Origin: a virus | Taxonomy: Duplodnaviria; Caudoviricetes | Virus record (IMG/VR): IMGVR_UViG_3300037067_027683 | Span: 38,385-102,384 of that record | Reading direction: 5' to 3' (one strand) | Length of the DNA: 64,000 nucleotides | In this document: positions 10,937 through 21,913 of the stretch, one piece after another | Layout of the letters: each line of letters begins with the position of its first letter | Position numbering within the stretch: the first letter of the stretch is position 1 | The notes under the pieces: generated by a model | Told to the model about the DNA's origin: nothing | Database searches by the model: none | What the model saw: the letters and a program-made list of their open reading frames with translations, nothing else | Made by a program: the position numbers and the translations under genes

Positions 10937-13900
10937 ATGGCTGACCCAAATGCTTTTGCTTTAAGTTTAGAAATGACGCTTAATGACAATGCGTCTAAAG
11001 TCTTGGAGAAAATTGATAAATTAACGTCTACAGTAGAAAAGGGACTCAATTCATTAGCCAATAAAATGACTAAATTTGGTGATGTCGATTTTAGTCGTGG
11101 GGTTAGTAGACAGTTCAAGATGATTAACGAAGACGCCAACAAATATGGCGGAATATTGAACGACCTTAGCAAGAAGATGATCGAACTATCAAGGAATGAG
11201 TTAACTGCTCCAGATGTAGACGAAGTGGCTCATGCTGTCAAATTACATGAAGAATTGTTAGATATCACTAATAAGGTTAATTTAGAGTTAGAGTTGGGTT
11301 CTATTAAACAAGAAGAAGCTGATTCAATAATGCATAAGGCTAACGTGGCGAGTAGACGATATCAAATATGGCGTCAACAATCAGATAAAAGTCATGTTGG
11401 ATACCAAAAGTTAGATGAACAGTTAATTAAGAGTCTTCGTCATTATGAGACTAAAACTGGTATTAAACTACGTGGCATGGAGAAAATTGGTTTCTTGGAC
11501 AAGTTTAGATTTTATAATCAGGAAGCATCAACTATCAAGGATGCTATTGGACTTCTTGAGAAACAAGAAAGAGCAGCTCTGCAGGCTGGTAAATTTGCTC
11601 AGGCCGAACATCTAAAGAAATTGCGTGATGTAGTTACTAAGATTGGTGAGGTTAAGGCTAGCTGGGATCAAGTAAAGGCTGGAGTATCAGGCGTAGCAGG
11701 AACTATAGGATCAGTAACAAGAACCATTGGTCTTGGTGGCATAGCAGACGCAGCATCTGCATCTGGTTTATACACAGCGGCAATCCAAAAAGCCGGAGAG
11801 CAACAAGAGCGTTTTCATGAAGCTATTTTCTCTGGTATGGATGACCTGAACTCAACTCAAGTGTACATGAAGGATATTTCAACACACGCCAGAAAAATGG
11901 CTACTAATTTTAAATTTTTACAAAAAGAAATTGAGGACGCTATTGTTTCTATGCGCCAAGTCGGCATGGCTAGAGACCAAATTATTGAATTAGACAAGTA
12001 TAGTGCGATGTTGACAAGAACTACTGGCGCAAACACACAAGCAATAGCACAATATTCAAAAATGACGACTGTTGCAGGTATGAGTACTAGAAAATTAACT
12101 CAACAATTATTAGCAATGAATCGTTACGCCAAATCAGCTGGATTGTCGGGACAAGATTTGAATGACATTATGGCCGAACAAGCTCATTCGGCGCAAATGG
12201 TTGGTAAGGACGGGACACAGGCTCTGGTTGGATACAACCAGATGATGTTGAGGTTAGCTGGATCAGCCAAGGCATTTGGTGTCAACACTCAAGAAGTTAT
12301 TGGTATTGTTAATAATCTGAAAGATCCATTCCGTGCTGTGTGGGCTACTGGCGGGAATATGTTTGGAACATTGGAGGATAGAACTAAAGGTGTTTCAGAC
12401 ACTATAAATGAGTTGGAGAAGGATATGAAGGGCATGAGTGCAGAAGAACGGCGTATGACAATTGGTATTTATACACAACAGGGATTACTTGGCGAAGCAG
12501 GCATCAATACAATTGAACAATATGAAAGATTATCTCCTGCAATCCGTGACGCCATGGGTGATCAGAAGAAGTTGCAGGAAAGCATGTCTGGGATTTTCAA
12601 AGAAGCAGCAGATCCTGAAGCAGAGATGAAGAAAAATTTACAAGACACAAGTACTATTATTAGAGAACAAGCTATAGCCGTAGAAAAAGTGATTACACAA
12701 TTGCAAGAGAAATTGTCTGGTGTTCTTGATAGATTAGAAGCCATGCTTAATAAGTTTAATGGTTCAACCATGGCTCAGACAACTACGGCTTGGGGAGTTA
12801 TGGGTACTGCTGGAGTTGGCGCATTTTTGGGTATTTTGAAAACTATCGGTGATGTCGGGATGGCTGTTCGTGGTTTGAGGGATACGTTCGGATTGTTAGG
12901 AAAGATTCCTGGACTTAAGCAACTTGGTGGATTGCTTGGTAAAATTCCACTAATTGGTAAATTGTTCGACAAGGGTGCTGCAACTGCTGTCGGTGACACG
13001 TTTACTGCTACTTTAGAACGCTTCAAACTGATGCAGTCAGCACGAATGCCAGGAGTGGCTAATTTAGAAGGCATTACAACAGCAACTAGTAAGTTGCCAG
13101 GGATTTTTGGCACAGTATCGAAAGGCGCACAAAGTTTAATGGGTAGCATGCAATCAACAGTTAGTTCGTCTAAATTGTTGAGTTTAGCTCTAAATCCAGC
13201 GACGTTGGCTATTGCAGCAATCGCTGCTAGTGCGTATTATTTTTACACACAAATAAAGATGACAAAAGATGTACTTGAGGAACTTGAAAAGACTAACGCT
13301 AAGATTAATGAAGATACAGCTACTACTGCTAAGCAATTGGAGGCAACCGGCGTAATTCGTAGAAAAGGATATGAAGATCAGCAGAAGCAAATTGACGATA
13401 TGTTAAAAATGCAAGAGAAAACTGAGGATACTTATGCTGGTTGGCGTGAGAGGTTACTTGGTCTATCGGTTAAACAATCGAAATATGACATGATGTCTGC
13501 CGAAGAGAAAAATGCTTATAATACAAAATTGGCGAAGTTGAATATGGAGAAGAAACAGAAGCAGGACGAGCTTAATAAGAAAATGACCGCAGATGAGAAA
13601 AAAGCTGACCAAGATAAATTAATGAGGTTTAATAATCTTACAGAAGAGGAACGCAAGAAATGGGCGGCTGAATCTGAGCAAGCTAAAGCCGCTGAGAAAG
13701 CAGCTGGTAAGGCCGATAAGGCATCGGAAGATGCTGTTACGGCACCAGTGCTGAGTTGGGAAGAAGGTATGAAGCAATCTTATGCCAAATTTGGTATCCT
13801 TGATAAATGGGCCAAAGGATCAGATGAGCTTAGGGGTAAAAGCTCAAATGCAATGCCAGATGGTGAGGCTGGTGGATCATTCTGGAAAACAGTTAAAGAC

Positions 13901-14143
13901 ATAACTTCGCGACCAAAAGTTACGCCAATTGTTACGACAAAAGTAACTGAGGATACTGGTAAATCACCAACTAAGCGCGATGAAACAGCTGCTAAAGTTG
14001 GAGATATTCGTGGTGATTTAAAACAAATTATTGACAACAAATCAGTCGATTCGATTGTTGGATTGCTTCAGCAATTCTTGCCGAAGATGATTGATAGTGG
14101 CGATACAGGTTTGGCGTCGGTTGCTAATAGGTGGAACACATAA
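10937..14143 (+). CDS. tail tape measure protein
   Basis: about 1070 aa, helical Ala/Gly/Lys-rich, hydrophobic central stretches, baseplate context. Confidence 0.85.
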   Translation: MADPNAFALSLEMTLNDNASKVLEKIDKLTSTVEKGLNSLANKMTKFGDVDFSRGVSRQFKMINEDANKYGGILNDLSKKMIELSRNELTAPDVDEVAHAVKLHEELLDITNKVNLELELGSIKQEEADSIMHKANVASRRYQIWRQQSDKSHVGYQKLDEQLIKSLRHYETKTGIKLRGMEKIGFLDKFRFYNQEASTIKDAIGLLEKQERAALQAGKFAQAEHLKKLRDVVTKIGEVKASWDQVKAGVSGVAGTIGSVTRTIGLGGIADAASASGLYTAAIQKAGEQQERFHEAIFSGMDDLNSTQVYMKDISTHARKMATNFKFLQKEIEDAIVSMRQVGMARDQIIELDKYSAMLTRTTGANTQAIAQYSKMTTVAGMSTRKLTQQLLAMNRYAKSAGLSGQDLNDIMAEQAHSAQMVGKDGTQALVGYNQMMLRLAGSAKAFGVNTQEVIGIVNNLKDPFRAVWATGGNMFGTLEDRTKGVSDTINELEKDMKGMSAEERRMTIGIYTQQGLLGEAGINTIEQYERLSPAIRDAMGDQKKLQESMSGIFKEAADPEAEMKKNLQDTSTIIREQAIAVEKVITQLQEKLSGVLDRLEAMLNKFNGSTMAQTTTAWGVMGTAGVGAFLGILKTIGDVGMAVRGLRDTFGLLGKIPGLKQLGGLLGKIPLIGKLFDKGAATAVGDTFTATLERFKLMQSARMPGVANLEGITTATSKLPGIFGTVSKGAQSLMGSMQSTVSSSKLLSLALNPATLAIAAIAASAYYFYTQIKMTKDVLEELEKTNAKINEDTATTAKQLEATGVIRRKGYEDQQKQIDDMLKMQEKTEDTYAGWRERLLGLSVKQSKYDMMSAEEKNAYNTKLAKLNMEKKQKQDELNKKMTADEKKADQDKLMRFNNLTEEERKKWAAESEQAKAAEKAAGKADKASEDAVTAPVLSWEEGMKQSYAKFGILDKWAKGSDELRGKSSNAMPDGEAGGSFWKTVKDITSRPKVTPIVTTKVTEDTGKSPTKRDETAAKVGDIRGDLKQIIDNKSVDSIVGLLQQFLPKMIDSGDTGLASVANRWNT

Positions 14144-14710
14144 ATGGCTGGCGACTCTTCGTTATGTGATTTTGATAGGGGCTTGGTAGAATCAGCTACC
14201 TTGATTGTTCTGGCATTAACTCCAGAACAAAAGAATGTAGAGTTTCAATTTCCTCCAAAGATTGTTGGTGAAAGTAATGCGTCTAATTGGAATGAAACAT
14301 CAGACGTAATGTCAATTGAACGTGTTAAATATATGATGGGAGCGCAAGGCCGTAGGCTTGATGTTGAATGGGAACATATTGCTACTGACAATGTTTGGAC
14401 ACCTGATAAAATCTTTACGCAATTGAATAATCTTAAATCATATTTTTATGAATTTAGTAAAAATGGATATCCAATAATAAGTTTTAAATATACCAAAATT
14501 TTAGATTCTGATGGTGGAGTGCCATTTAGAATGAAAGACTTTAATATTAGTAATGGTCCTGAATACATAAAAGGTACTGGAGGATATTTTCCATTGTATT
14601 CTAAGGTTAAAATCGGTATCGAATTAGTAACAACTTTGGCTTCTGCAGAAGATGTGAACAAAAAGGTAAAGATGCCTCAACTCAAGAATGTTAGAAAGGA
14701 GTGGTATTAA
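14144..14710 (+). CDS. putative tail tube initiator / baseplate-tube junction protein
   Basis: FQFPP motif; lies between tape measure and the gp53-like gene. Confidence 0.55.
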   Translation: MAGDSSLCDFDRGLVESATLIVLALTPEQKNVEFQFPPKIVGESNASNWNETSDVMSIERVKYMMGAQGRRLDVEWEHIATDNVWTPDKIFTQLNNLKSYFYEFSKNGYPIISFKYTKILDSDGGVPFRMKDFNISNGPEYIKGTGGYFPLYSKVKIGIELVTTLASAEDVNKKVKMPQLKNVRKEWY

Positions 14711-15018
14711 TGCCAGATAGTACTTCTAGGTTCGCAGAAACCGAAGTCATCATGGTCAATAATGTGACTACTTATGGATTATGGGTTCGTCCTGATGTTG
14801 TTAATCCTGATGATTTGAACCAAGAAGACATAGTTACATATGCAGTCGATCAGGCAACTGCAGGTAGACCTGATTTAATTTCGAATCAACAATATGGTAC
14901 TCCATTCCTGGAGTGGGTAATTGTGATGTTTAATAGGCCACTTAATACTCTTGGATGGCCTAAAGCAGGAACAGTCATTAAATTCCCGTCAAAACAGGCA
15001 GTGAGAAGATTAGCGTAA
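14710..15018 (+). CDS. baseplate wedge protein (gp53/LysM-like)
   Basis: RPDLISNQQYGTPFLEWVIVMFN..GTVIKFP motif. Confidence 0.85.
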   Translation: MPDSTSRFAETEVIMVNNVTTYGLWVRPDVVNPDDLNQEDIVTYAVDQATAGRPDLISNQQYGTPFLEWVIVMFNRPLNTLGWPKAGTVIKFPSKQAVRRLA

Positions 15019-17214
15019 ATGTCAGACCAAAGTGGAATTTCACTTGTATGGGAGCGATTCCATCGCGAAAGGACTAAACCGTTATTTGACCGTTTCCCAG
15101 GATATTATTGCGCAGTAGTAGTAGAGACCAATGATTCTCTGCAGAATTATCGTGTGCGTTTTAAATGCCCTGAGTTACATGATTGGTCTTTAGAACCAAA
15201 ACAATGCCCGTGGGCGGATAAAGCTCCATGGTTAGGTGGCAAAAATGCTGGGTCTTGGTCACATCCTATAATTGGTGATTTGGTGTGGATAATCTTTGAA
15301 AAACAACATCCTTATGGACCAATATGGGTTGGCTTTGCAACTCCCACTCGCAGGAAATATTATCCATTAGAATCAATATATACTCGTTCTCCTTTGGCGG
15401 TTAATGCGGATGAGGAATCAGATGGGAAACCAGATGATTATTTAGAGGAATATTTACCCAAAGATTTTAGGCCGATGTCTTTTGGATCACGTGATCGTTA
15501 TGGTAATGCTACAATTACGTCAGCTGTTGGGTTTTTCCCGAAAGAACATGATATTGAACCCGCAGTTGTTGGACAGGATGCAATATCTAAGTCGGATTTT
15601 GAGAGAGGCAAAAAGCCAGAGGTTAATAATCCAGATAGAAAATATAATGTTAAAGCAACCAAATATGGTATTTATGAAATATTATCCGATGTCGGTTACT
15701 ATTGGAAAAATGATGGCGACACAGGTGAATTTGAAGGTGATTTTGATAATGATCATGATTTTGAGATAGAAAGAACTAAATACTTTGTTAAATTATTAAA
15801 TGAAAATGAACCGAATTCTGCTAATAGAGATCAAAGACGATATGAAATTAGAACTCGTGCTGGCCATAAGTTTGAAATGCGTGATGTCGGTTATGCACAA
15901 CAGGGAGGAGCAAGATCTGGGTGTGAAGAGGTATCGAATGCTAAATCTCGTCCTGAATATGGTAAAGCACGAATTCTCTCTAAATGGAATCAGACCGACG
16001 AACGATGGGTTAAGTTTCGTTCTAAAGGTGGACACCTAATCCAGTTGATGGATATGGGTTTTCATCCTGAAGAAGATAATTTTTATAAACGTCAATTAAT
16101 TGAGGAGATTGGGCCTGACGCAGACGATGAAAAGACTGGTAATTGGACCGGTAGAGATTCGCGTCAGATTCGTTTTGTTAGTCGTTGGGGTAGTAAATTC
16201 GTTTTAGATGATCGTGGCACAGATCCAAAGGAAGCTGAAACTAAAGAGAAACCTCGTGGAAATGGTTGGTTCCTAAAGACTCGTCGTAGTTGGACAACTG
16301 AGCCTAGTACTCCTCGTGGATTTGCGTTTGAAGCTATTGATAAGGATGAACTTAATACTACTAGATGGTATACTCCTAAATCCAAGATTATCGAGATGAA
16401 TGATCGTAAAGATTATATGATGTTCTGTACTGATACTTCATCTGAAATATCTCGTGAGTGGAAAAAGCTTCTAGAAAATGAGTTTGCTCTTAAGATTGCT
16501 ATGACTGATAATCCAGAGTTGAATACTTACCATCTCAAGTTGGATAAGGCTAATGGTTATGTTCGTTTGAAGACTGCTGTTGGTGGCGATAATAAGCTAA
16601 GACCAGAACCAGAGCAATTTCCAGATGCCGATCCAACAGGTGGTATCAATCAAGGTATCGAAGCTAGAGATGGTCGTGTTGGTGTTGATGGCGCTTGGGT
16701 AGAGACAGTTGATGTCAGTGAACGTGGTATTTGGTTTTCTGAAAAGAATAAACTTGGTATTTGGCGTTCTAGGACTGGTAAAGATCAGTTTATCATGATC
16801 ATGGACCAGGATGGTGCTGAGAAGATTGTTATACGCAATAATGAGAATGGACCAATACAGATTTATTGTAAAGGTGATATTGAAATTGTTTCTGAACGAA
16901 ATATAGCTTTGAAGGCTGGAGATAGGATTACATTGAAGGCCGAGAATGAGATAGCCTTCGATGCAGGTGGTGGACAAGCTAAGTTGAATCCAGGTGGTTG
17001 GTACATGAATGTAAATGACAATGCACCAGCCCATACTGGTTTCTTACCGTTGGCTTTCCCAGGGGGTGGTGCTCAGAATGATACTGGTGCGGCGGCGACT
17101 GTGATTGATCCAACGCCAATTGACCAGGAGAAGAGAGTACCAGCGGATAGAGGTGTTGTTGGCAATGGGCCATTCAATGAGGTCCCAGAGAAGGTTGTTA
17201 AGGTCTGCGAATGA
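15019..17214 (+). CDS. baseplate central spike (gp5/VgrG-like)
   Basis: N-terminal OB-fold (VVETND..RVRFKCP..WA..PIIGDLVWIIFE..PIWVG), RTRAGH/RSKGGH repeats, C-terminal beta-helix-like repeats. Confidence 0.85.
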   Translation: MSDQSGISLVWERFHRERTKPLFDRFPGYYCAVVVETNDSLQNYRVRFKCPELHDWSLEPKQCPWADKAPWLGGKNAGSWSHPIIGDLVWIIFEKQHPYGPIWVGFATPTRRKYYPLESIYTRSPLAVNADEESDGKPDDYLEEYLPKDFRPMSFGSRDRYGNATITSAVGFFPKEHDIEPAVVGQDAISKSDFERGKKPEVNNPDRKYNVKATKYGIYEILSDVGYYWKNDGDTGEFEGDFDNDHDFEIERTKYFVKLLNENEPNSANRDQRRYEIRTRAGHKFEMRDVGYAQQGGARSGCEEVSNAKSRPEYGKARILSKWNQTDERWVKFRSKGGHLIQLMDMGFHPEEDNFYKRQLIEEIGPDADDEKTGNWTGRDSRQIRFVSRWGSKFVLDDRGTDPKEAETKEKPRGNGWFLKTRRSWTTEPSTPRGFAFEAIDKDELNTTRWYTPKSKIIEMNDRKDYMMFCTDTSSEISREWKKLLENEFALKIAMTDNPELNTYHLKLDKANGYVRLKTAVGGDNKLRPEPEQFPDADPTGGINQGIEARDGRVGVDGAWVETVDVSERGIWFSEKNKLGIWRSRTGKDQFIMIMDQDGAEKIVIRNNENGPIQIYCKGDIEIVSERNIALKAGDRITLKAENEIAFDAGGGQAKLNPGGWYMNVNDNAPAHTGFLPLAFPGGGAQNDTGAAATVIDPTPIDQEKRVPADRGVVGNGPFNEVPEKVVKVCE

Positions 17215-17939
17215 TAATTAGCGCTCCTACTGCCTTATATAAATCAATCTTGCCAAAGAGTGAGAGTGATCCCTCTAACGTTACCTTTACGGTATCTAGT
17301 AACGATCCACCTAGGAGTAGCCAGAATTCCCAAATTATTTCTAGCGTTGAAGAATTGCGACAATTACCGGAGAGAGTTGTTTCACAGGACGATAGAGAAA
17401 AAACATATGGAACTTATGTGTTCAGTGTTGCGGCTGGTAGCCAAACCCAAGTTGGTTTGGGCACAAAATCATTCGAGGTTGGACAAATTCTAGAATTCGA
17501 AGAGGAAATTCCAGGGACTGTGACGCCGTTAGAAGTGCCTGAGGAAGTTGATATTCAACACAACACAAATTTGTTGGATTATCAAATGCTTGGTCTTACT
17601 CAAGCTGAGACTAATTTACTCATAAAGGATGCGAAGAATGATTTTAATAAAATTTTAGACGAGTTAAATCTTACTATGACTAATGTTAATAATTATCAGA
17701 TTAAGGTTCAAGATAATCAAAAAGAAATTAACGAAACTCGTAAGGCCAAGGATGCTGCGAAAGTGGTGTTGGAATATAGTGGTAGTACGGCTGCTGGTGA
17801 GATATATGATAAGTTGGTTATTAGAGAAGCAGAATTGTTAAGACAACGTCAAATTATAATTGACGAACTTAATGCTCTAAATTCTACAGCTAAGGATTTA
17901 TATAATAAAACTCTTGAATTGCAGGAGGTGGTCCGTTAA
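17211..17939 (+). CDS. baseplate-associated hypothetical protein with C-terminal coiled coil
   Basis: coupled between gp5-like and gp25-like genes. Confidence 0.65.
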   Translation: MIISAPTALYKSILPKSESDPSNVTFTVSSNDPPRSSQNSQIISSVEELRQLPERVVSQDDREKTYGTYVFSVAAGSQTQVGLGTKSFEVGQILEFEEEIPGTVTPLEVPEEVDIQHNTNLLDYQMLGLTQAETNLLIKDAKNDFNKILDELNLTMTNVNNYQIKVQDNQKEINETRKAKDAAKVVLEYSGSTAAGEIYDKLVIREAELLRQRQIIIDELNALNSTAKDLYNKTLELQEVVR

Positions 17940-18355
17940 TGGCAAAATATTATGGCTATAATGCTCCATTCATGGGTGGTAATCAGATGGTTTTATCACA
18001 GCAAGTTGATGATCGTCTTATCAGAAACGATCTTCTTCAATTGTTATTGACTGCTCCAGGGGAACGAATGATGCGTCCTACTTTTGGCACTCCAATTAGA
18101 CGTTTTGTTTTCGAATCTATGACTGATTCGAATATAAATCAACTTAGATCTGACATCATTGCTGCGATCAAACAGTTTGAACCTAGAGTAATTGTGTCCG
18201 ATGTTAAAATGGAAACGACAGATGATAATAATTTACTAAGTATAAAGGTTTATGGTACATTCAATTTAGATCCATTTGTTGGTGCGCCAGTAACTACTCC
18301 TAATTTGTTGGTGGAATTAAATATACCAACGAAGACCTCTAACCCAGTCACTTGA
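17939..18355 (+). CDS. baseplate wedge protein gp25-like
   Basis: LLLTAPGERMMRPTFGT..FEPRV motif. Confidence 0.92.
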   Translation: MAKYYGYNAPFMGGNQMVLSQQVDDRLIRNDLLQLLLTAPGERMMRPTFGTPIRRFVFESMTDSNINQLRSDIIAAIKQFEPRVIVSDVKMETTDDNNLLSIKVYGTFNLDPFVGAPVTTPNLLVELNIPTKTSNPVT

Positions 18356-18364
18356 GGTGAATTA

Positions 18365-20044
18365 ATGGGTACGGTTATTTTCGAAATGCCGAATTCTCCT
18401 GAGGAATTTGGAGTCTCCCTAGCTCCAGCTCAGTTACGTAGTCTCGATTTTACTGCTCTTGATTTTCCGACTCTTAATCGTGCTGGCGTTGAATATATAA
18501 GATCTTATTATCCAAATGATTTTAATGATTTCTTTGCTAGTAATGGTGTTATTATGATGTTGGAGTTGGTTGCTTACATTGGTGGTGTTATTTCTGAACG
18601 CTCGGATATTTTGGTTGACGAGTCATTTTTGTCTACCGCACAAACCAAGCAAGCAGTGATTCAGCATCTAAACCTTATTAATCAACGTTATATGCGTGCT
18701 ACTCCAGCGATTGTTGATGTTGAAATCAGCTTGCCGAATGCGGTTCCTTCTGAAGTGAGAATACCATCTGCTACTAGATTTACCCTTGGTGGTCCAGATG
18801 GGAGACAGGTCAATTATGAAATATATCGTTCGCCTGGTGATTGGACTTCATTCATTGTTATTCCTCCAAACAAACGTGGTATTATTGCATACGGCATAGA
18901 AGGGCAAACTGCGACTCCAATAATCGTTGTGTCGCCAGGTGGTCCAGATCAATATGTTGATATTGAGTTAAGCAATGTTTTGGAAGAACCAATTATTGTT
19001 CAAATTACTTCTGGGCAGACAGTGCGTACATGGCGTCAAATTGAGATGATTGAGACAGCTGAGGCGAATGATGAAGTATATGAGGTGAAATATCTTGGGG
19101 ATCGTACTCGGATTGTCTTTGGTAATAATCAAGCTGGTAAATCTCCATTAGCTGGACAGACAATATCTGTCCAGTATCGTGTTGGTGGTGGTGTGCGTGG
19201 TAGAATTGCTTCTAACACGATTAACGAGACTAGACCTATTTCGCCACAACCACCTGCCTCAGCTTCGGTTGAAGTATTATTTAGAAATCCTTCGCCTTCA
19301 TCTGGTGGTACTGATGAAGAAACTCTGGATCAAGCAAAACGTCGCGCACCAAAGCAATATGCTACACATGGGAACGCTGTAAGTGGCGAGGATTATGGTT
19401 TATTAGCATCAGAGTTTAAGCATCAATTTTATGGTGCAGTATCCAAGGCGATTGGTGTCATTCGAACTGGTGTTGATCAAGATTTAACTTCGGTAGTGAC
19501 AGCTGTTCGTGCTGCACCTACAGTCGAAGATGGTGTTAAAATAATTCAAAATAATTTTATTAATAGGAATATTGTGGAGGTATATGCGTTAGCTGAGGGT
19601 CCTGATGGTCCGGTTAAACCGAGTAGTGGTCTTAAGCAAGGTTTGATTTCTTATCTGGAAGAGATCAATGTTTTGACTGATGAAGTTCGCGTATATGATG
19701 GAGCAGTGAAGCCAATTGATGTTGACGCTACAATAGTAATGAGTAGAAATGCCGATCCTGGTACAGTAAAGGTAGCGGTCCAAAATGCTATTGATGACTT
19801 CTTTAATATTGATAATTGGGATATGGGAACTGCCTTGTACGTGTCTAAGCTTTATCAAATTATCCAGGATATACCTGGAGTTACTTATGTTGATATTTTC
19901 AAACCAGTTGATGATGTTTTACCGACCGAATCTTTGGCTTCGGACTCGGATCAAGGGATTGGATTTAATGGTGTCATTACTAAAGGACAAATTACTTTGC
20001 GTTATTATTTTGAGCAAGGTAACTTTAAGGTTACTTCTCACTGA
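18365..20044 (+). CDS. baseplate wedge protein gp6/baseplate J-like
   Basis: DFTALDF, ESFLSTAQ, FGNN..GK, GGTDEETL..AVSGEDY, IPGV motifs. Confidence 0.9.
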   Translation: MGTVIFEMPNSPEEFGVSLAPAQLRSLDFTALDFPTLNRAGVEYIRSYYPNDFNDFFASNGVIMMLELVAYIGGVISERSDILVDESFLSTAQTKQAVIQHLNLINQRYMRATPAIVDVEISLPNAVPSEVRIPSATRFTLGGPDGRQVNYEIYRSPGDWTSFIVIPPNKRGIIAYGIEGQTATPIIVVSPGGPDQYVDIELSNVLEEPIIVQITSGQTVRTWRQIEMIETAEANDEVYEVKYLGDRTRIVFGNNQAGKSPLAGQTISVQYRVGGGVRGRIASNTINETRPISPQPPASASVEVLFRNPSPSSGGTDEETLDQAKRRAPKQYATHGNAVSGEDYGLLASEFKHQFYGAVSKAIGVIRTGVDQDLTSVVTAVRAAPTVEDGVKIIQNNFINRNIVEVYALAEGPDGPVKPSSGLKQGLISYLEEINVLTDEVRVYDGAVKPIDVDATIVMSRNADPGTVKVAVQNAIDDFFNIDNWDMGTALYVSKLYQIIQDIPGVTYVDIFKPVDDVLPTESLASDSDQGIGFNGVITKGQITLRYYFEQGNFKVTSH

Positions 20045-20065
20045 TACTTTGATTGGTAATATACC

Positions 20066-20638
20066 ATGATACTACAACCAGGGGTGGTTATGGAAACAAT
20101 ACGACAGTTGGCCACGATTGAGAATGTAAGAGACAGATTACAGGCTCTTGCTTCAGGTCGTGGTGTTCCTGAAAATGTCGTGAAGCAATTAAAAGAAGAA
20201 TCAGCATCTCTTGAGTGGGCCTTCAATCAACTACGTTTAGTTCATTTGAAAGAAACTTGGATGGTAGTTGGTGATCCGAATTATGTGACTGAATTAGTTA
20301 AATGCTTTGATGCGAGTAATATTCAGTTATCTGACGTTGACGGGTTAACTACGTTGGTATTGATTCAACCTACAGAAGAAGTTAAATCTTCTGTCTTTAA
20401 ATTCTTAGTACCACAGGAATGGCATGGTAATAGGCTTTCTCTTGATAAGGTTCCACAATTCATGTTGTGTCGTAGATATTTTGCCTCCGCCAGCGCGATT
20501 GATAATACTCGGAGAGTCTTGTTTTTTGAGACAGACATTTCATCTCGTTGGCGGTGGGATAGAAACGCTGTGGATACGTGGTTGGTCGGCTTGTATAAGT
20601 CGATCAAATGGGATGAAGCGAAACCGGTAGGGGGATGA
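20066..20638 (+). CDS. hypothetical protein
   Basis: 190-aa ORF. Confidence 0.65.
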   Translation: MILQPGVVMETIRQLATIENVRDRLQALASGRGVPENVVKQLKEESASLEWAFNQLRLVHLKETWMVVGDPNYVTELVKCFDASNIQLSDVDGLTTLVLIQPTEEVKSSVFKFLVPQEWHGNRLSLDKVPQFMLCRRYFASASAIDNTRRVLFFETDISSRWRWDRNAVDTWLVGLYKSIKWDEAKPVGG

Positions 20639-20704
20639 GGTTATTGGTGGTCGTCTGTATACGAGCACAATTTCCAATCTCCCATCAAAGAAAGGAAGAG
20701 AGCA

Positions 20705-21313
20705 ATGCCAGACAATGAACCAGTGTATGATGATCGTGTTGCAGTATTGGTTGATGTGCAGAATATGTTTTATTCTGCAAAATACCTTAAACAGAGTAAA
20801 GTAGATTATGGTAAACTACTTACTGGCATTTTAGATGGCCGTAGTCTCGTTCGGGCTATTGCTTACATTGTGCAGAAGCCTGATGTCGATCAGAGTGGGT
20901 TCCATGATGCTTTGTCAAGGATCGGCTTTGATCTTCGTGTTAAAGAGATGAAGATTCACCCACAGGTGGGCGATAAGAAGTCAGTTGCTAAAGGATCTCA
21001 TGATATCACAATTACTTGTGATGCATTGATGCTTGCACCAAAAGTTGACACGATTGTATTGGTTACAGGGGATGGTGATTTTGCGATTTTGGCTGATCGG
21101 TTGAAGGCACTTGGTTGTCGTGTTGAAGTCGTGAGTTTTGATGGTTCTACTGCTGGTGATTTGATTCATGCTGCTGATGAGTTTATTCCTATTAATGATG
21201 AATGGATCTTTAAAGAGAAGAAGTTCGAGCAACAAGCGACTGCAACAGCGGCAGTAGCACCTTCTTATGAAGGTCTTCCTGCTGACGATGATGAATCAAT
21301 TGGCAATAAGTAG
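20705..21313 (+). CDS. NYN-domain (LabA/DUF88, PIN-like) ribonuclease
   Basis: VLVDVQN, KGSHD..D, LVTGDGDF, G.RVEV, ADEFI motifs. Confidence 0.9.
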   Translation: MPDNEPVYDDRVAVLVDVQNMFYSAKYLKQSKVDYGKLLTGILDGRSLVRAIAYIVQKPDVDQSGFHDALSRIGFDLRVKEMKIHPQVGDKKSVAKGSHDITITCDALMLAPKVDTIVLVTGDGDFAILADRLKALGCRVEVVSFDGSTAGDLIHAADEFIPINDEWIFKEKKFEQQATATAAVAPSYEGLPADDDESIGNK

Positions 21314-21320
21314 TAGATAG

Positions 21321-21360
21321 TAGCAAGGCCCCACTATATTGGTGGGGCCTTGCTGTATTT
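21321..21360 (+). terminator. intrinsic terminator
   Basis: 14-bp stem TAGCAAGGCCCCAC/GTGGGGCCTTGCTG followed by TATTT. Confidence 0.75.
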
Positions 21361-21444
21361 GGAATTATTTCATCTGATGATGTACGAGCAAAAATAATAC
21401 TGAACAGGATGGCGGTTGCCATCACACTTGTAGGAGGATGGAAA

Positions 21445-21837
21445 ATGGCGAATTCCCAACCGGCTAATGCGACAATCTCGATTTTCCGCAGACTGCGGGT
21501 GGTCAGAGATAATCGCAGGCACACGAGCGTCAAGCATCTGACGACTCCATTTGACACCAATTACGTACCGGTGCCAGGTGAAGAAGTCCAGGTTCTTGAG
21601 AATCGTGATGCATCGTTCCGCACTGATGCATTCCGGTACGGTCATCCGGTTACGGTGGAGCCACGAGCCAACTGCACGCTGGCGGACATTTACGCTGGTA
21701 TTGCTGGACTGGACTTCCCAGTTCGCCTGCCAGGAAACTTCCGCGAGATGCAAGTTCAGCTGGTTCCTGGTCACGTTACCGACGACCTGTACGGCGAAGC
21801 GCAGGCTGTTTGTGCTGGCCACGCCTTCGTTGTTTAA
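21445..21837 (+). CDS. probable abundant virion protein (head decoration candidate)
   Basis: AGGAGG RBS, CAAAAATA motif upstream, C-ending codon bias like the capsid gene, downstream hairpin. Confidence 0.55.
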   Translation: MANSQPANATISIFRRLRVVRDNRRHTSVKHLTTPFDTNYVPVPGEEVQVLENRDASFRTDAFRYGHPVTVEPRANCTLADIYAGIAGLDFPVRLPGNFREMQVQLVPGHVTDDLYGEAQAVCAGHAFVV

Positions 21838-21913
21838 TCTGGCTGCTTAGCGGGATGATAGACACCATAATCTGGTGTCTATCATCTTATCTGAACCACA
21901 GCCGAGGTGACTT

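Noticed and set aside
9616-20044. Bacterial eCIS, T6SS or tailocin
   Set aside because: It is linked to portal, terminase, capsid and replication genes, so it is a phage tail.
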